The position numbers and the translations under genes are program-made. The notes beneath the pieces are model-generated. The model was given only the letters and a program-made list of their open reading frames with translations. It was not told where the DNA came from and did not search any database. 64,000 nucleotides of DNA from Podarcis bocagei. Taxonomy: Eukaryota. The stretch is from NCBI GenBank assembly GCA_964188305.1, contig OZ076886.1. One strand, given 5' to 3'. This document shows, one piece after another, positions 46,005 through 59,173 of this stretch (its first letter is position 1; every line of letters starts with the position of its first letter).

Positions 46005-49000
46005 AGTTCTTGTTGATGTGATTATGTATTTTGCGGTTTTGTATTCTGATTTTATCCTGTGAACCACCCTGAGACGTATGGGTATAGGGCGGTATATAAA
46101 TTTTAAAAAAGAAAGAAAAGAAAGATACACTCTATGAAATCCAAGAACAGCAGGTGGGGGATCATTCTGTCTGGCAAGCTGAAATGCTTGTGCTAACTAA
46201 ATGATATTAGCACTGCACTGCATTCCTCCTAAGGTCTGAAAACACACAAGCATTCAGGACCAAAACTTTTTGCCCTCAAGAGATGAATGCTTTGGCCCTA
46301 TAGCCTAAACATCTTTTTTAAAAATAAGGAAATACATTTCATTTTTGTTTGCTACTTCGTTTCTGTGAGGATGTGGGTGGGCTAAGGCAGACTGAAGCAG
46401 AAAAGAGCAACCCAGAATGAAGAGAGGACAAAGCTGTCCAGGGCTCAGGTTCCTATATTCCTGTGCTTAACTTCACAAACTGACCATGTCAGTTCGTGAA
46501 GTTAAAAGACTTACTGACCAGCAAAAGACTTACTGATTGGTGGCTTTTAGCAGATACAATTTTCACTGCATCGGGATCCCATATGACAAGGTCACTGTCT
46601 GATCCAACAGCAATTCTGCCCTTTCTTGGGTACATGTTGAAGATCTTGGCAGCATTGGTGCTTGTCACAGCCACAAACTGGTTCTCATCCATTTTCCCCG
46701 TAGCCTGTTGGGTATGAATCATAAAAGAAAGATAAGGCAAGTAAAACAAGTTACAGTCACAGGAATAAAGCAGGTCCCAAAAATACAAATCTCAGATATC
46801 AAATGCCAAGATAAAGAGCTGCATCTTCAGAGTACACTGGAAACCATATAATGAAGGTGTCAGATGCACCTTTGTGGGGAAGGAATTCCACAGGCTAGGA
46901 GCTGCCACAGAGAATGCCCTCACCTGGGCCACCACACGGTAGTGGAACTACCAAGAGGGTCCTCTCTGCCAGTCTTAATACCCAGAGGGTCTGTAAGGAA
47001 GGAGGCAATCTCAGATAATTGGGGCATATGTCATATAAGGTTTTAAACATTAATGTGAGCACCCTGAATTGGGCTCAGAAACAAGCTGACAACCATGCAG
47101 CTGTTTTAAACAGGGGCTATACGAGTTACAAAGGGAAGTTTTCATTTCCAATAGCTGAATAATTCAGTTTCCTTTATTCTGGAGAAAACTAGTATTATTA
47201 AAAGAGCAGGTCATTAAGCAGATTCACCTTAAATGCACAACCAATATATTCTGGAGCGTTTCTCCCAATAAGAACCTACACAGACCCTTTGATCTGTCAG
47301 TCATCTGAGGCGTTCCTCCAGGTCCCCCCCTCTGAAGGAGATTTGAAGGGTGGTGATGAGGGACAGGGTCTTTTCATTTGTGGCTACCTGCTTTGGAATG
47401 CTTTCACACTAAGGTCCACATGGTGCCAATATATTTGATGGATTATGACATAGCTGTCTATGGTATTTTTCTGCTGCTGTTTTATTGGTTCTGTTTTATA
47501 AGTTACTGTACGGCTCTGATGGTAATGTATCGTTCTTTATTATGATTTTACGTTATACTTTATGCTCCTTAATTTTTATGTCACTTCAAGACTTCTGTGA
47601 GGCAATCAACTAATACACTGAATAAATAATACAAGTAATATCAATCCCCACCTCCCATCCTCTTCTCTTACCACTGCTTTGTCCCAAATAACAGACATCC
47701 GTTCCTCAATACCATTGGTCCCCTCTGGGATTGCTGTGAAGTTGTCTTTTCCAATTGCTTTCTGCGCTGTACTGAATGTACAGTGTGCACTTCCTGAGAC
47801 TTGGAGGTCACCACTAGCTCCGAGACAAGCAACAAAATGTATTAGTTCAGTCATACAAGAATGCTTTTATCTCCAAGTAGTTTACTGAAAGTTTCCACTC
47901 GCTGTAACGACAGCAGCAACAAAAATGAAGGCACAGAACTGTAATTAGCATAAATGTGAACTAGAAAAGTAATGTATAAAAGAACGTTGTGACTAAGTAG
48001 CAATGCCCAATATTGCTTTTTCCCTCCTCCTCCCACATCTGTCTTCCTTTTGTGTCATGCCTTTTAGATTGTAAGCCTAAAACAGAGACAGTCCTGTTTA
48101 CGGATCATTGTAAACCTAAACCTATTCAAGAACCTTTTTCAGCTGAAGATTTATTTGCTCTTGAAAAATGAAGCAAAAAAATTATTGCAGCTAGCACCAG
48201 ATTGATTTGATTGCAGACAACTGAGTCAGACAACAGATCAGTGCCAACACTGTGCTTTAAAGAAAGTCTGCTGATGCAAGTCTATTCACATGAACAGTGT
48301 TAAGATGAATCCACAGTTCCTGTGAAACCAGAAAGTGTTTTTCATTTTCATGGAAGGAGAGCCATGATCTTGCAGGAGTTCACAGGTTCCACATTATAAT
48401 GCTCAGGGGGGTACAATGTATGTGAGCAGGATTTTTTTTAGAACAGCATATGATTAGAACCAGTTCTCAGTGTGAAAATTAGATACTGGAGTCACAAGAG
48501 ATTGCCCACTAGCAGGGAAATCTTCAACAACATACTGTCAAAATGTTATGTGAAGGAGAGAGAAATAAAACTGGTTGGCTGCCTAAAGGATCTGCTTCTT
48601 GATTTGTCTACTTCTTGGTAAAGGTAAAGACTTTATTACTTTAGCCACACCTAGAATCTTTTATTGGAAAGGCATCCAGATTTCGTCTATGATAGAATTG
48701 CTACATTGCTTCTATTCTACCCTTTCCTGCAATGTAACAAAACCTTGACCCACATAATCCAAAGTATTTCAACCACAGTATGAAACAAGCTTTTAGCATA
48801 ACCTATTAACTTAAAATTGTTTCAAAGTTCATGTAGTGTCTAAAGACACTAAGTCATTTGCTTTCATCCATTATATTTATCTGCTTGTGGCTCTAGAGGG
48901 CAGCAACAAACAATGGTCATGGCCTAACAATCATACCAAAGACTATGCAAAGTGTTCCATGGAAACTTCCTGCTTCCTGGCGTCTGCTAGCTGCCGGGGA

Positions 49001-52000
49001 CTTAGCTGAAAGGATGCACGGTAATTAAGAAAAAAAAGGGGGGGTTAAAGCCTTGTCTAAACACTAAAAAAGGAAACTATAGAGATTGTTTGCCTTCCAG
49101 ATGGACCCTGTGTCTGATTTTCTGATTCAAAGAGTCTCTGAGCCTCATGGCCTCAGTCTGGGCTTCAGAACACAAGTCCTAATCCAATGATAATCTCCAT
49201 CTCCTCTTAATAATTTGGTGCCATATGTCTGATTTACTACACAGAGAGATTTGTGTCAGTCAGATTTGTTCTGCTAAAAACTAGCTAACTAACAGGCATG
49301 CAATCCTCCTAAAGACTATATCCAAAAGAATATTGAGCAGAGAGTTTAAGAAAAGCAGGCATGGTTCCTTTTTTCCAGGACTTGGCCACTTCGTATGTGT
49401 TATGAAATATTTTTTTCCATGTTGGTCAGTTTTAATACAACTCACACCTAGTTTATTCAGTCTTCTCTTCAAGTCGCCAGTCAACGGATACAATTTGAAA
49501 TCTGAGATGCACCTCACTATTTCCAAACATGAAATCTGAGATATACCTCACTGTTTCCAAACATAAAACCTTATTTCTAGTTTCTGGATGCTCACTAATC
49601 CAGGTGTGTGCCAACATGCAGTTCAGCTAACTACCCCCCAGTGCTAAATGACCCACTTCTTTTGTTTTTCTATATGTCTTTTTTTTTTGAATATTAAATA
49701 TCCCTTCTTTTTCAGCATCACCGCTGTCCTGTTTGAAGCTGTCTTATGAGCTATTCCAGATGCAAATGTGCACTTGCAATAGCAACACCTCAGAATGCTC
49801 CAAATGAACAAGGCAATATAAACAGAATCTGGAAAGTCCGCAGTTGAGTGGGTGCAGTTCAGTACTTTCCTGTTTATGTTAGCTCTAAGCATCATCTTAT
49901 TATTCATTTTCCATAGGACTGGTTGCAAGAGAGAGTATTTCCCTTTCTCGCTATAACCAACCTGGCCAGTAAGGAGTTGATGTAATCAGGGGTTGTTGGA
50001 TCTGGACTCAGCGGAGGGGAGGTCACAAATGCAGCAGCTTTTGCCCAGTTTTTGCTCCAATAGTGTGTTCCATCTGTTCCAAGACTGGCTGCAATTGGCT
50101 CGCCAAACACTACATTACCTGATGGTGAAAATAACAACAGAGATTTAGGGCAAGGACAATACATTTTACAGAAGGGGAGAGGGGGAGCTAGGCCTGCAGC
50201 TGCTTCTGTTGGCAGAAGTACACATTTATAAAAGTTACTGCCATCCTCAGTTTAGCTCTAGAATATGGCAGCCATAATTAGAACCTGCTGCAGACCGCAT
50301 ATATCACCTATGCTTAAAGAACTACATCGACTTCCGGTCTTTCAAGGACAAATCAGACTGCCTTTAAAGCTCTAAACCCAGGGTTCCTTAAAGGAGTGTC
50401 AGACTAGGACTTGGTAAATCAAGGTTCAAATATCCTGTCAACTAGTCCAAGGGGAGCAGTGACATCACTGATAAAGATGGCAAGCTGAGCAGCTCTCTCC
50501 TCCTCAGCCAGATGAAATAACAGATTAAATGTACCCCAAATCCTAAAACTATTTAGATTTAACATTGACCCTGAGAAGGATATATCACAATGAGTGAAAG
50601 AACGGACTCTGAAGATTCATTTTAACATCATAAACTGACTCAATAGATGGGTTCTGATGACGTTGAAGACGGACCCACGATGGTGCCAAAAAACACAGAC
50701 TATGTATGGAAGACACTGAGCTGGCAAAGGGAATCTTGGATAAATTTCAAAAGGAATTATCTGAAGAACGGAACAAAGCACTGACCCCTTTGAAGGACAG
50801 TGTTAAAGGTATAGCTGATAAAGAGCCTCATCTTCTGATGTAAGCAGGCTAAAATAAGCAGGCCTCCTTGATGGCAGGATCCTCTTCCAAGTGAATTCAC
50901 TGCCCACCATGCTTACTCCTTTTCAGGAGGATCATGAAAACCTTCTTTAGGGGAAGCTTTGTGGCCCTTGGTCTATTTCAGTTATGTTTTTGTATTCTTT
51001 TAATTGGCTGCTTCTGTGCTATTGGTTTTTGTTCTTCTGGTTCACGAGCGCTTAATATGTGGCCCTCCCATTTTGGCTGGGGCTGCTGGGAGTTGTAGTC
51101 CACAAGATGATTACCCTTATTCTAGTTGTTTTTATATTGTTTTCCTTTTTTAAAGTCATTCAGAGGCTACAGCCATTCTAGCAAGCCTTGTAAGTAAGGT
51201 AACAAAGATGCAGCTGCTCACCTTTTTTTCTGGCCTGTGAAATCAGGTCAGCAGCACTCTTGCTCATCACTTTGGTCACATATAAGGGGCAGTTGGTCTG
51301 GCTGGCAATGGTGATTGCACGGAAGACAGCTTCAGCCTCCAGCTGAAACAGAGAAGGGGCTGTGAGCTCAGAAAACAGCAAAGGAGTTCAGTAACTTTGC
51401 ATGACACAATATATTCCACTTCAAAGCATGACCTTTCCATTCACTTAAGAAAGTTTGGAACAGCAAGAAAAGAATGATCCTCAAATCCTGAACAAAGCAG
51501 AAGCATTAAATTCTAAAATGCTTCCCTCACTAACTTTTCCAAAGTCTACCCAACACAGTATCAACTTTCTATTTTATGTGTGATGGGTGTTTCTTGCACA
51601 ACTGTCCTCTCTCTCTCCAAAGACTCCTTCATTCACAGTAGTTCATGCATTTTGCAATAGAAAACATTGCAAATCATGCACAGTAGCAGTTTTGGGCCTT
51701 GAAAGATGAAAGCTAACACAACCTGCTATGTGAGACTATTATGTCCAAGCTCAGCTTGTGCATTAACCCTGTATCCCCCTATTGAACCCATTTAGTAAAT
51801 GAAACCGGTGTTTGCTAGATAGAGAGATGTGCTCCATACAGCAGTCAGCTACTTAACAGGGGGAAAGGAGGAGGAATAATTTATCTTCTGTTTTTATATT
51901 TTTATCCAGAAGCCACCCTGGGTACCAGTCTGGAGGAAAGGCAGGATAGAAATGAATATAATAATTCACAGAGAGAGTGTTTAGGCTATGAATGGTCCCA

Positions 52001-55000
52001 AAGCAGCAGCAAAAAGGAAAAAAATGGAGTTCACTAATTTGTTAGTGGTGATAAAATTGTGTATCATTTTTATTAACAGTTAACATTAAGAATATATTAG
52101 CGGCTGTTCTAAAAGCAACAGCATGCATTTCTTGCAGAGCCAATCAAACCACCTGAGCCATATAACTGTGAGCTACAAACCCAAAATTTGCCAGTTTCAT
52201 TATTATTATATGTACAACCCACAATTACAACAATTTCTCTCTTCTCCTCATCTCCCTATCTCTCAGTCCTCAAGTTTAACCCTCACTGATTAAAACTGAT
52301 CTTGAACTAAAGCTTTAGCTTATTTACTGAATAAGGCATGCAGCCTGAGTCTATTTTGTTACTTAACAATGGCTGTACTGGAAAAGAGGATGGTTTTCTG
52401 CTGGTTATTTGTTTAGGATGCAGTTCCAACCCAATTATGATGACTGTTTTCCCTTCCTATTGGCCCCTGCTGCCTCCCATGACATCAGAAGCCTGTAATT
52501 TTCATATCTTGCTTGCTGTTATAACTTTCAACACTTCAGCAAGTAAGATATCTTTGGAGCATTACACCATTCACTGTTCAGCCTGACATAATCTAAAATA
52601 CCTTCTGACTGCCAACATCTTAAGTACTGATATTTTAAAAAGGAAAGGAAAAAATAAAAGAGTGTCCTGAAACAAACCATATACTGTAAGAAGAGGCTGT
52701 GGTAAGTAGAGGTTCAAGTTTAGGCAAGCTTGTAAAGGAACCAAGGAATCAAAGTTTGAAAAGTTGTTCACTCAACCATTTGCCTATGCTGAAACAATTT
52801 CTTCTCTAACAAAGTGTCAAGAATATGTGAATACAATTCTTAGGGCTGTCTTACTTAAGAATATACAATTGGCTGTCTTGCCAATTGCTGAGGAAATGAT
52901 TTAAATTCCATCTGTCAGCATTGTAAAGGGACTTGCCAAGAGTTACATACTTACGTGCACCGCCCCCCCCCCCCGCCCCAGAATCTGAATATCTAATGTT
53001 ATTTGAGACCTAACCGCTATACAGCTGGGATGCTGGAAATTCAGCACAAGGATGTTTATGAGAAGCACCAGTAAATGCAAAACATAAATAACCTCCAAGC
53101 AAAGATAAGTTTGAAATATTTCCAAACCACAATTCCCTGTTCCACAGGTGAAGGCAGCTATGAGCAACCTTCAAAAATCACTTGCTGCCCACAGGGATAA
53201 AAACTGAACTATTTGCAAAATATTGTTGCAATATATGTTCTGAATGTATTATTTCACTGTTATGAGCCAGCCTGAGAATATTTAAGTATTTTGTTATATA
53301 GCAGGTGATTCTTTATGAACTAATTCTGCTGAAAATGAAAAAAAAAACTTCACAGCAAGTGATTTAAGACATGCCTTTTATTACACACTTGACCAGCCAG
53401 CTGGAGGAAGACGGAAGAGTGCTGCAGCTGCTGTGTATGTGCACTGTTGCTTTCCTGGAGAGAGAGCACAACACCAAGGAAGGAGACTGGTGTTGTGCTC
53501 AACAAGGTATTTGCTTACAAATTTGAAAAACAAATTAACATCCAAATACAAAAACAATGTGGAACTTTGTACAGTAGTATGGCGCAGTCTTGTATGCTTA
53601 AAGGAAGCATGCTTTAGATATGTAGCTTCTCAGCTTTAAGTCTAGAGGAAATAGGCAATTAAGATCTTCATCAGGGTGATGGGGAATTGCAGCCCCAGGA
53701 CAGCCAACTTGCTCCCCACCAATCTACAACACACGGAATCTCAATTATACCCCAGACATGTTCAGATTTCCCTGAATTATGGAGTAGCTTTATCCTAGAA
53801 ATTTAAAGGAATCCCAAATAATATATTTTTGAATGGCTGTTTTGTGCAACATTCCAGATAACCAAAGTGGTGTGTTTTCCACATGGCTGCAACTATTCGG
53901 TAATGACTGAGGCTTGCGGTCCAAAAACCATACCACATGTGCCATCAGGATGTGTGCTAGGGAAACCATATGTGTGGTTAACACATCATCCTCCCCACAA
54001 GACAGTTCTGAGTCAGGAGTAAAGAGACTGTCCATGAAGTCCAGCAACCTTAGAACAGCAGCAGCACTATAGAGAGAGACTCGGGACAGCTGCCTGGGCA
54101 AACAACTTACATAAGTTTCAGAATTCCTGTCCTTTTTCTCAAAAACCCTCAAAACAAACCACAAAAATATAGTAAGCAGAGAAAATGTGTTACACCCTAC
54201 CAAGATGAATGGAAGATACCTTATTCCAAAGCCAGCTGTAGAAGCATGTTAGCATTTAACGTACACTGACCTTCCTATTTTAGAACAATTATAGTAATGA
54301 AAGTATTATGTGAAAATGTAATGCTCCTACCATTCCTGCTCCCTATGGGTATAAAGTTATACCTATTTAAACATAGTCATTTCCTTTGCTCTTAGTGCTG
54401 CAGAATTACCATGGCCAGCCCTGACTATAGCGCTAGGAATGTATGAAGGGTGTTTACTCTGTCAAAAAAACAACCCTCATTACCACAAGTGATAGTATAA
54501 AATTCAGCCTTAAACTAAAATGTGGATTAATAGGCCAAATAATAAAGAACCTGGATGCTAATATTAGCTGTAAGCAGAAATGAGATACTGGCAAATTTCT
54601 AGACAATTATTTTACCATGCAGATGCACCGCTAGAGAGTGCTTTTAATTACCCTAATTTCCACTGTCTTGTTTCTCAAGACTATAAAAAGCAAAGCTGCA
54701 GGAATGTGCTATGGAATGCCCAGTTCGCCCAGGCAGGACTTGTGGGTTGCTTTTGGAACTGCACTGGTTCATGTTAGCACTGGGAACTTAAACCATCTAC
54801 TGCAAAATTGAGTGTGCAGCAGCAACAATCTGTCCGAAGGGTGTTTGTTGATTCATCAGTGACATCTTACCTCTTCTGGCCTACTAAGCACATGGCCCTC
54901 TGGGCCAGTTATTCCCATCTCCAGCATCCTAGCTTGCTCCTAAAGAATATAAACAGAATGAAGTTAAGAAACAGATTTAAGAATTGTTATTAAGGAGTAA

Positions 55001-58000
55001 ATCTGAAAACATTACAGTCATCTGAATATGTTGCATAGAGCAAAGTCTAAAGGTGTGGTTACCAGAGCTAGGATTACTGTGGTTAACCAATCCTAATACA
55101 GGAATGACTGTAGTTAAATGTTATATAGCCTTGGCTGTCAGCTTATTATAGTTTTTTAAAAACTTATTAAGCTTTTACATAAGCTAGCATTTACAAAACG
55201 ATTTTTGGAACAAAACACTATAGTAGAACTATAGTGCTGAAATCAAGATTTAAAGCCAGTGATAAATATCTGCAAAACCCAGGTACATCTGGATAATATG
55301 CTTGCACACAACTACTGTAAGTCTCAGAATTTTAGTACATTACCAGTTCTGCTGATTAATCAGAAGACATAAGACAAACTATATGGTATTCAGACAACAT
55401 AATCCTACTTAATTGGTTAGAATTTCCAGTTGAAGGACAGAAACTTAAGTCAGGCATTTACAATCTCTACCTGATTGGGATCTAAGGACCCACCTGGCTC
55501 TCTCAGAATACATTTGTACAATGTATCATGTTTTACACTAGTATACATACATTATTTCTGCTTACAATATGTGCTTTGGTCAAAGAGAAGATACAACAAC
55601 ATCACCTGTGCAACGATATCTCCATTTTCAGCATGAACTTGAGCTACTGCGCCAAGATCTCCCAAAAAACTAAATATCTCATACAACTGTAAAAGAGAAA
55701 TTAACAAGAAAGCCAACATTAGAAAAAATGTGGTTCAACATTTTCATGTTTCTGATTAGCAGAGATTTTATTTCTTTATTTATTGTTATTAGCACTGGAC
55801 TTCGAAAGGGCTACCAAAGAGCTCAGGAGAAGGAACTAGATGTCCACACTAAAGGACTACTGGCTGAAGCCTATAAATCCTGGCTGCACTTACGTGTGTT
55901 GTTGCCTCTTAATTAGATGTCTTGTGAGACACTGTGTAGCCCTCATAAAAAAAATGGGGAGGAGCGGTATTTGTATTAGATTGTAGTTGTCACAAATCAA
56001 TGATGGACATTTTTACTGGTAAGCTAATTTCTGTCCTAGCATTTAGTCCTACATGAGGCCACCAAGAAGGCTCAAAATCACAAATTAAAACACAGCATTA
56101 ACCCTTTTAAAAGGCTGATAAGCAATGCATACAGCACAGTTGAACAGCTTAGTTCTTACCTCTGTATTTGACATCTGGTACAAATCCTTATAGGCCATGT
56201 AAACCATGAAAGAGTTAACACCTAAAGCAAAAGATTATATAAGAAGAAAAGTTGGCAAATAAGATTTTATTCTCTACTTCACGTCATTCTAAATCGGTAC
56301 TCCACTAGTCATGTGAGGAATTACTCACACATAATGGAATGGGAATCTTTGGCAAGAGCCAGCAGCAAAAGGAAATTTTCTGTTTATTGTCCTGTTAGTT
56401 GATTCTCTGAAACATTGAAGTTATCTAGCCAAAGCTCTGTTGAATCTAAAATGTAGTCAAAAGCTTAGGAAAAGGGAAAATATTTATTGGGCATGTGGCC
56501 ACCTTTTGGAGTGCTGCTTATAGAAATCTAACAAACATGAGAGGACACTTTCAGGATCACACTGATTTAGTAGCCTGGAAGAAAGCATGCAAAAAGAGAT
56601 TGAACCAGTTGATGTATTGGTATTGCAATACCAAATAACATCAGTACTATTATTTGTAAGCCATTTTCTACACTAAGATAATTATCACGTAGAATCAAGA
56701 GTTACTTATCATACAACTGGGGAACAATTCATATCACTCAAAGGAGATAGTAAGAAAACTGTGGTTGGACCCAACAAATCTCAGCACAGAATCATGCACT
56801 ATATATTCTAACATACAATTAGAATGTGGGAAGACAAGGGATTGGCCTCTGGCATTGACGAACCTTTTTCTTTGATAAGTGTTTGCACTTCTTGTTTGAC
56901 ACTATCATTCCAGTGGGTAATGTCCACATTCAGGGAGTAGTCACAGCAAGCCTTCCCATCACCCCACTCTCGCCACTTCTCATATGCTTCTATGAGGCTG
57001 GACTCGGGCTCAGGAACAACATGATCAACTGTGAACAAAGGCAGCAAGCTGTAGTAAAGAATGAAGATCTTATGCTATTCCCTTCTGTCTGGAGATTTCC
57101 CTCTAAACAATTACCGTATTTACTCAAATCTAATTTCCCCCCCTTTTTGGCCAAATTACCGGTACGTTGCGAAAATTAAGGTGGCATTTGATGGCAAATT
57201 TACATTCGGCAGCAAATTCATTTTTTAGATTTCAATGTTCCGAAAATTGAGCTGCGCGTTAGATTTGACGGTGCATTAGACTCAAGTAAATACAGCATGT
57301 CTTCTTTGCCCAAAGACTCCTGAACTCCTAATAGCCAGCTTCATGGATCCTTCAAAAATATGCTGTTTCCCAGCATTCTACAAGACACAATGTACCACAG
57401 AAATCAGCTAAACAGCTTTTCAAAGTCTCAGTCACTATGCTGTTTGGGGCAATGTTTTCACCACCAAAAGAACAGATGCAGCATTGTTTCAATATTTATT
57501 TTTGTGATGGAGCACACTGTAAATGGGTATAGAGGACTGCTTAGGCAACAAAGTTAATAGCAAGGAATCCAGGTAAAGAAGAAACAGAGAAGATACTTCA
57601 GAGATAGGAATATTTTAGAACTATAAAGAGCAGTCATTGTCCAGGCATTTTCAACACAGGAGCCCCTACCATATTTGACAATTTGGGTCTAGAAAGTGAA
57701 CCAAGAGAGCATGTCTCATCTTACTGCTTGTAATTTCTCAGATATGTCTAGAGTGCACTTACCAGAAGGAAGAATGAAAAAATAAGGCACTGTGCTTTGG
57801 ATTAATAGTTCCTGGCATTATACCAGGTGCTTTTAGCAGGCTTTTGCTAAGAAGTGAGCGGGAAGTAGTAGCAGGTTGCCTCATCTCTTTCCTTCACTAC
57901 GACTCATTAAAAAAAGAAGAAAGTTTCTTCCTAACATGCAGCTTAATTTACCTTTTTATTGCCCCTGACGTAATCCTCAATTTCTACTGCAGTTATTATG

Positions 58001-59173
58001 TGCAACAGACACTGCGGCAGATACTGCAGTTCTTTCAACACAAAAATGAAGGAGCAGGAAGTAAAACATTTTCAACCAACTGCAGTCACACTTGCAACTT
58101 GTCCTACGACTCAATAAGCCAAAAAACCCCTGCAGAACCATCAAGCCATGAACCAGAACATTCTAAAAACAAGAAGCAAGAATTGCTCTCCCATTTTAGT
58201 TTACTTCCTAGGCATGCTGGGAGATTGATTTGTCTTCTGAGGCATGCTCTACTATTATTATTTTTAAATCACAATTTTGTGCACATTTATTCTTTGTTAA
58301 ACTGCTGAAATGCCATTGAATAAAAGATTAAATCTTGATATTTGAGCAAACAAGACCTTCAACAAAAATCTCACAGTATAATGAAGCTAAGTTGGGTTAT
58401 TGCATAAATCCTTACACTTCAGTAAGTTTTTCCAGAAAGCCTGATTTTTCCATGGAAGCTGTAACACAAACTTCATCTCGCTTTGGAGTCTACTGAAGTT
58501 CATTTGCCATAACTACACACTTTCTATCTCCAAATTATTTCCATGGAGGAAAAACAAAAATAAATATGCATCACCCATTACATCTGATGACCAATGGAGC
58601 TGCAATGAGTAGAGCAGTTTTCAAGCATTTTTAAACATTTTAAACACTATAGAAATAAACAACTATGAACCAATAATGGCAATTATTGAGCTTCTGAGGC
58701 AGCCCTCAATATGTTCCACAGCAAGGATGACTGATGTGGTAGATGGTAATGGACCACAACTCTGGCTGGGACTGATGGGAGCATGTAGAAGGACACTCAA
58801 TGAACTGTACTTTCCACTTGTAAAACGTTCACCCTATCTTAACTATAACCAACATTATATCTATACCTAGCACCATATTATGCACCAGAAACAAGTTTTG
58901 TAATAATAAAAAATGAAGGTAATGTTTAGAAGACCCACAAACTGTTGAGGAAGTCACAAAGAGAGCCGCCCTCCACCCTTGTACTTACTGATCATGGTGG
59001 TCCCACCCGCCAAGGCTGCTTTTGTCCCTTGGAAAAAGTCATCCACTGCTGTCATCCCCTTGTATGGCATCTGCAAATGAGTGTTGACATCAATCCCTCC
59101 AGGTATAACCATCCTTCCATTGGCTTCTATGGTCTTCACTCCACCAGGGACTATCAAGTTGTCTCCAATTTGC
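43573..59173 (-). CDS. DPYSL3: Dihydropyrimidinase-related protein 3 (CRMP4), 5'-partial spliced CDS, 12 exons in window
   Basis: Exons join in frame to [26 protein letters not shown]...[28 protein letters not shown]...[19 protein letters not shown]. The C-tail is CRMP4-specific, with the GSK3/Cdk5 phosphosite cluster intact. Confidence 0.96.
44216..44269. repeat. 24-bp tandem repeat, about 2.2 copies
   Basis: CAATCAATGTACCATCTTCTCACC / CAATCAATGTACCATCTTCTTACC / CAATCA. Confidence 0.9.
44300..44462 (-). CDS. DPYSL3: DPYSL3 penultimate exon, [54 protein letters not shown](G), 163 bp
   Basis: gtgacag|ATG GCT...TCG G|gtaagc. Confidence 0.95.
44499..44977. mobile_element. Non-autonomous hAT (Charlie-like) DNA transposon
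   Basis: TIRs CAGTGGTTCTCAACC / GGTTGAAAACCCCTG (13 of 15 match); perfect 8-bp TSD TATTAGGC at 44491-44498 and 44978-44985. Confidence 0.9.
45513..45692 (-). CDS. DPYSL3: DPYSL3 exon, [24 protein letters not shown]...[12 protein letters not shown], 180 bp
   Basis: ttgtag|GCA GCA GAA...AGG AAG|gtaaga. Confidence 0.95.
45931..46000 (+). repeat. Compound microsatellite (TG)14(AG)21 inside an L2-type tail
   Basis: Direct read; followed by gtgaaccaccctgag...agggcggtatataaat. Confidence 0.9.
46534..46704 (-). CDS. DPYSL3: DPYSL3 exon, [57 protein letters not shown], 171 bp
   Basis: caacag|GCT ACG...CAA TCA|gtaagt. Confidence 0.95.
46835..47112 (-). mobile_element. L2-type LINE fragment
   Basis: ggaattccacaggctaggagctgccacagagaatgccct...ccctgaattgggctcagaaac, resembling the reverse L2 ORF2 C-terminus. 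Confidence 0.5.
47250..47430 (+). mobile_element. L2-type LINE fragment
   Basis: gacagggtcttttcatttgtggctacctgctttggaatgc resembles the L2 [11 protein letters not shown] motif. Confidence 0.5.
47672..47813 (-). CDS. DPYSL3: DPYSL3 exon, (S)[47 protein letters not shown], 142 bp
   Basis: gctag|T GGT GAC...GCA GTG|gtaaga. Confidence 0.95.
49496..49563. repeat. 34-bp tandem duplication (3 mismatches)
   Basis: TGAAATCTGAGATGCACCTCACTATTTCCAAACA / TGAAATCTGAGATATACCTCACTGTTTCCAAACA. Confidence 0.9.
49962..50118 (-). CDS. DPYSL3: DPYSL3 exon, (G)[51 protein letters not shown](S), 157 bp
   Basis: catcag|GT AAT...GCC AG|gttggt. Confidence 0.95.
50450..50825 (+). mobile_element. Possible degraded L1-like 5'UTR/ORF1 fragment
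   Basis: aagatggcaagctgagcag start motif and a coiled-coil-like remnant [32 protein letters not shown]; weak. Confidence 0.25.
51222..51342 (-). CDS. DPYSL3: DPYSL3 exon, [40 protein letters not shown](G), 121 bp
   Basis: tttcag|CTG GAG...AAA G|gtgagc. Confidence 0.95.
54871..54939 (-). CDS. DPYSL3: DPYSL3 exon, [23 protein letters not shown], 69 bp
   Basis: tctttag|GAG CAA...GAA GAG|gtaaga. Confidence 0.95.
55606..55686 (-). CDS. DPYSL3: DPYSL3 exon, [27 protein letters not shown], 81 bp
   Basis: tttacag|TTG TAT...GCA CAG|gtgatg. Confidence 0.95.
56160..56221 (-). CDS. DPYSL3: DPYSL3 exon, (G)[20 protein letters not shown], 62 bp
   Basis: ctttag|GT GTT AAC...ACA GAG|gtaaga. Confidence 0.95.
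56864..57028 (-). CDS. DPYSL3: DPYSL3 exon, (I)[10 protein letters not shown]...VQTLIKEK(G), 165 bp
   Basis: ttcacag|TT GAT CAT...AAA G|gttcgt. Confidence 0.95.
57114..57295. mobile_element. Tigger/pogo-like MITE
   Basis: TA|CCGTATTTTACTCAAATCTAAT...ATTAGACTCAAGTAAATACAG imperfect TIRs. Confidence 0.65.
58989..59173 (-). CDS. DPYSL3: DPYSL3 exon, [11 protein letters not shown]...[13 protein letters not shown], 185 bp
   Basis: minus strand aatcag|G CAA ATT...ATC A|gtaagt. Confidence 0.95.

Noticed and set aside
56617-56634. Perfect 18-bp palindrome TTGGTATTGCAATACCAA
   Set aside because: About 0.25 or more such palindromes are expected by chance in 64 kb of AT-rich DNA.
57844-58308. 154-aa plus-strand ORF in a DPYSL3 intron
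   Set aside because: Non-ATG start, no recognisable domain, and a length near the upper tail expected by chance in 64 kb.
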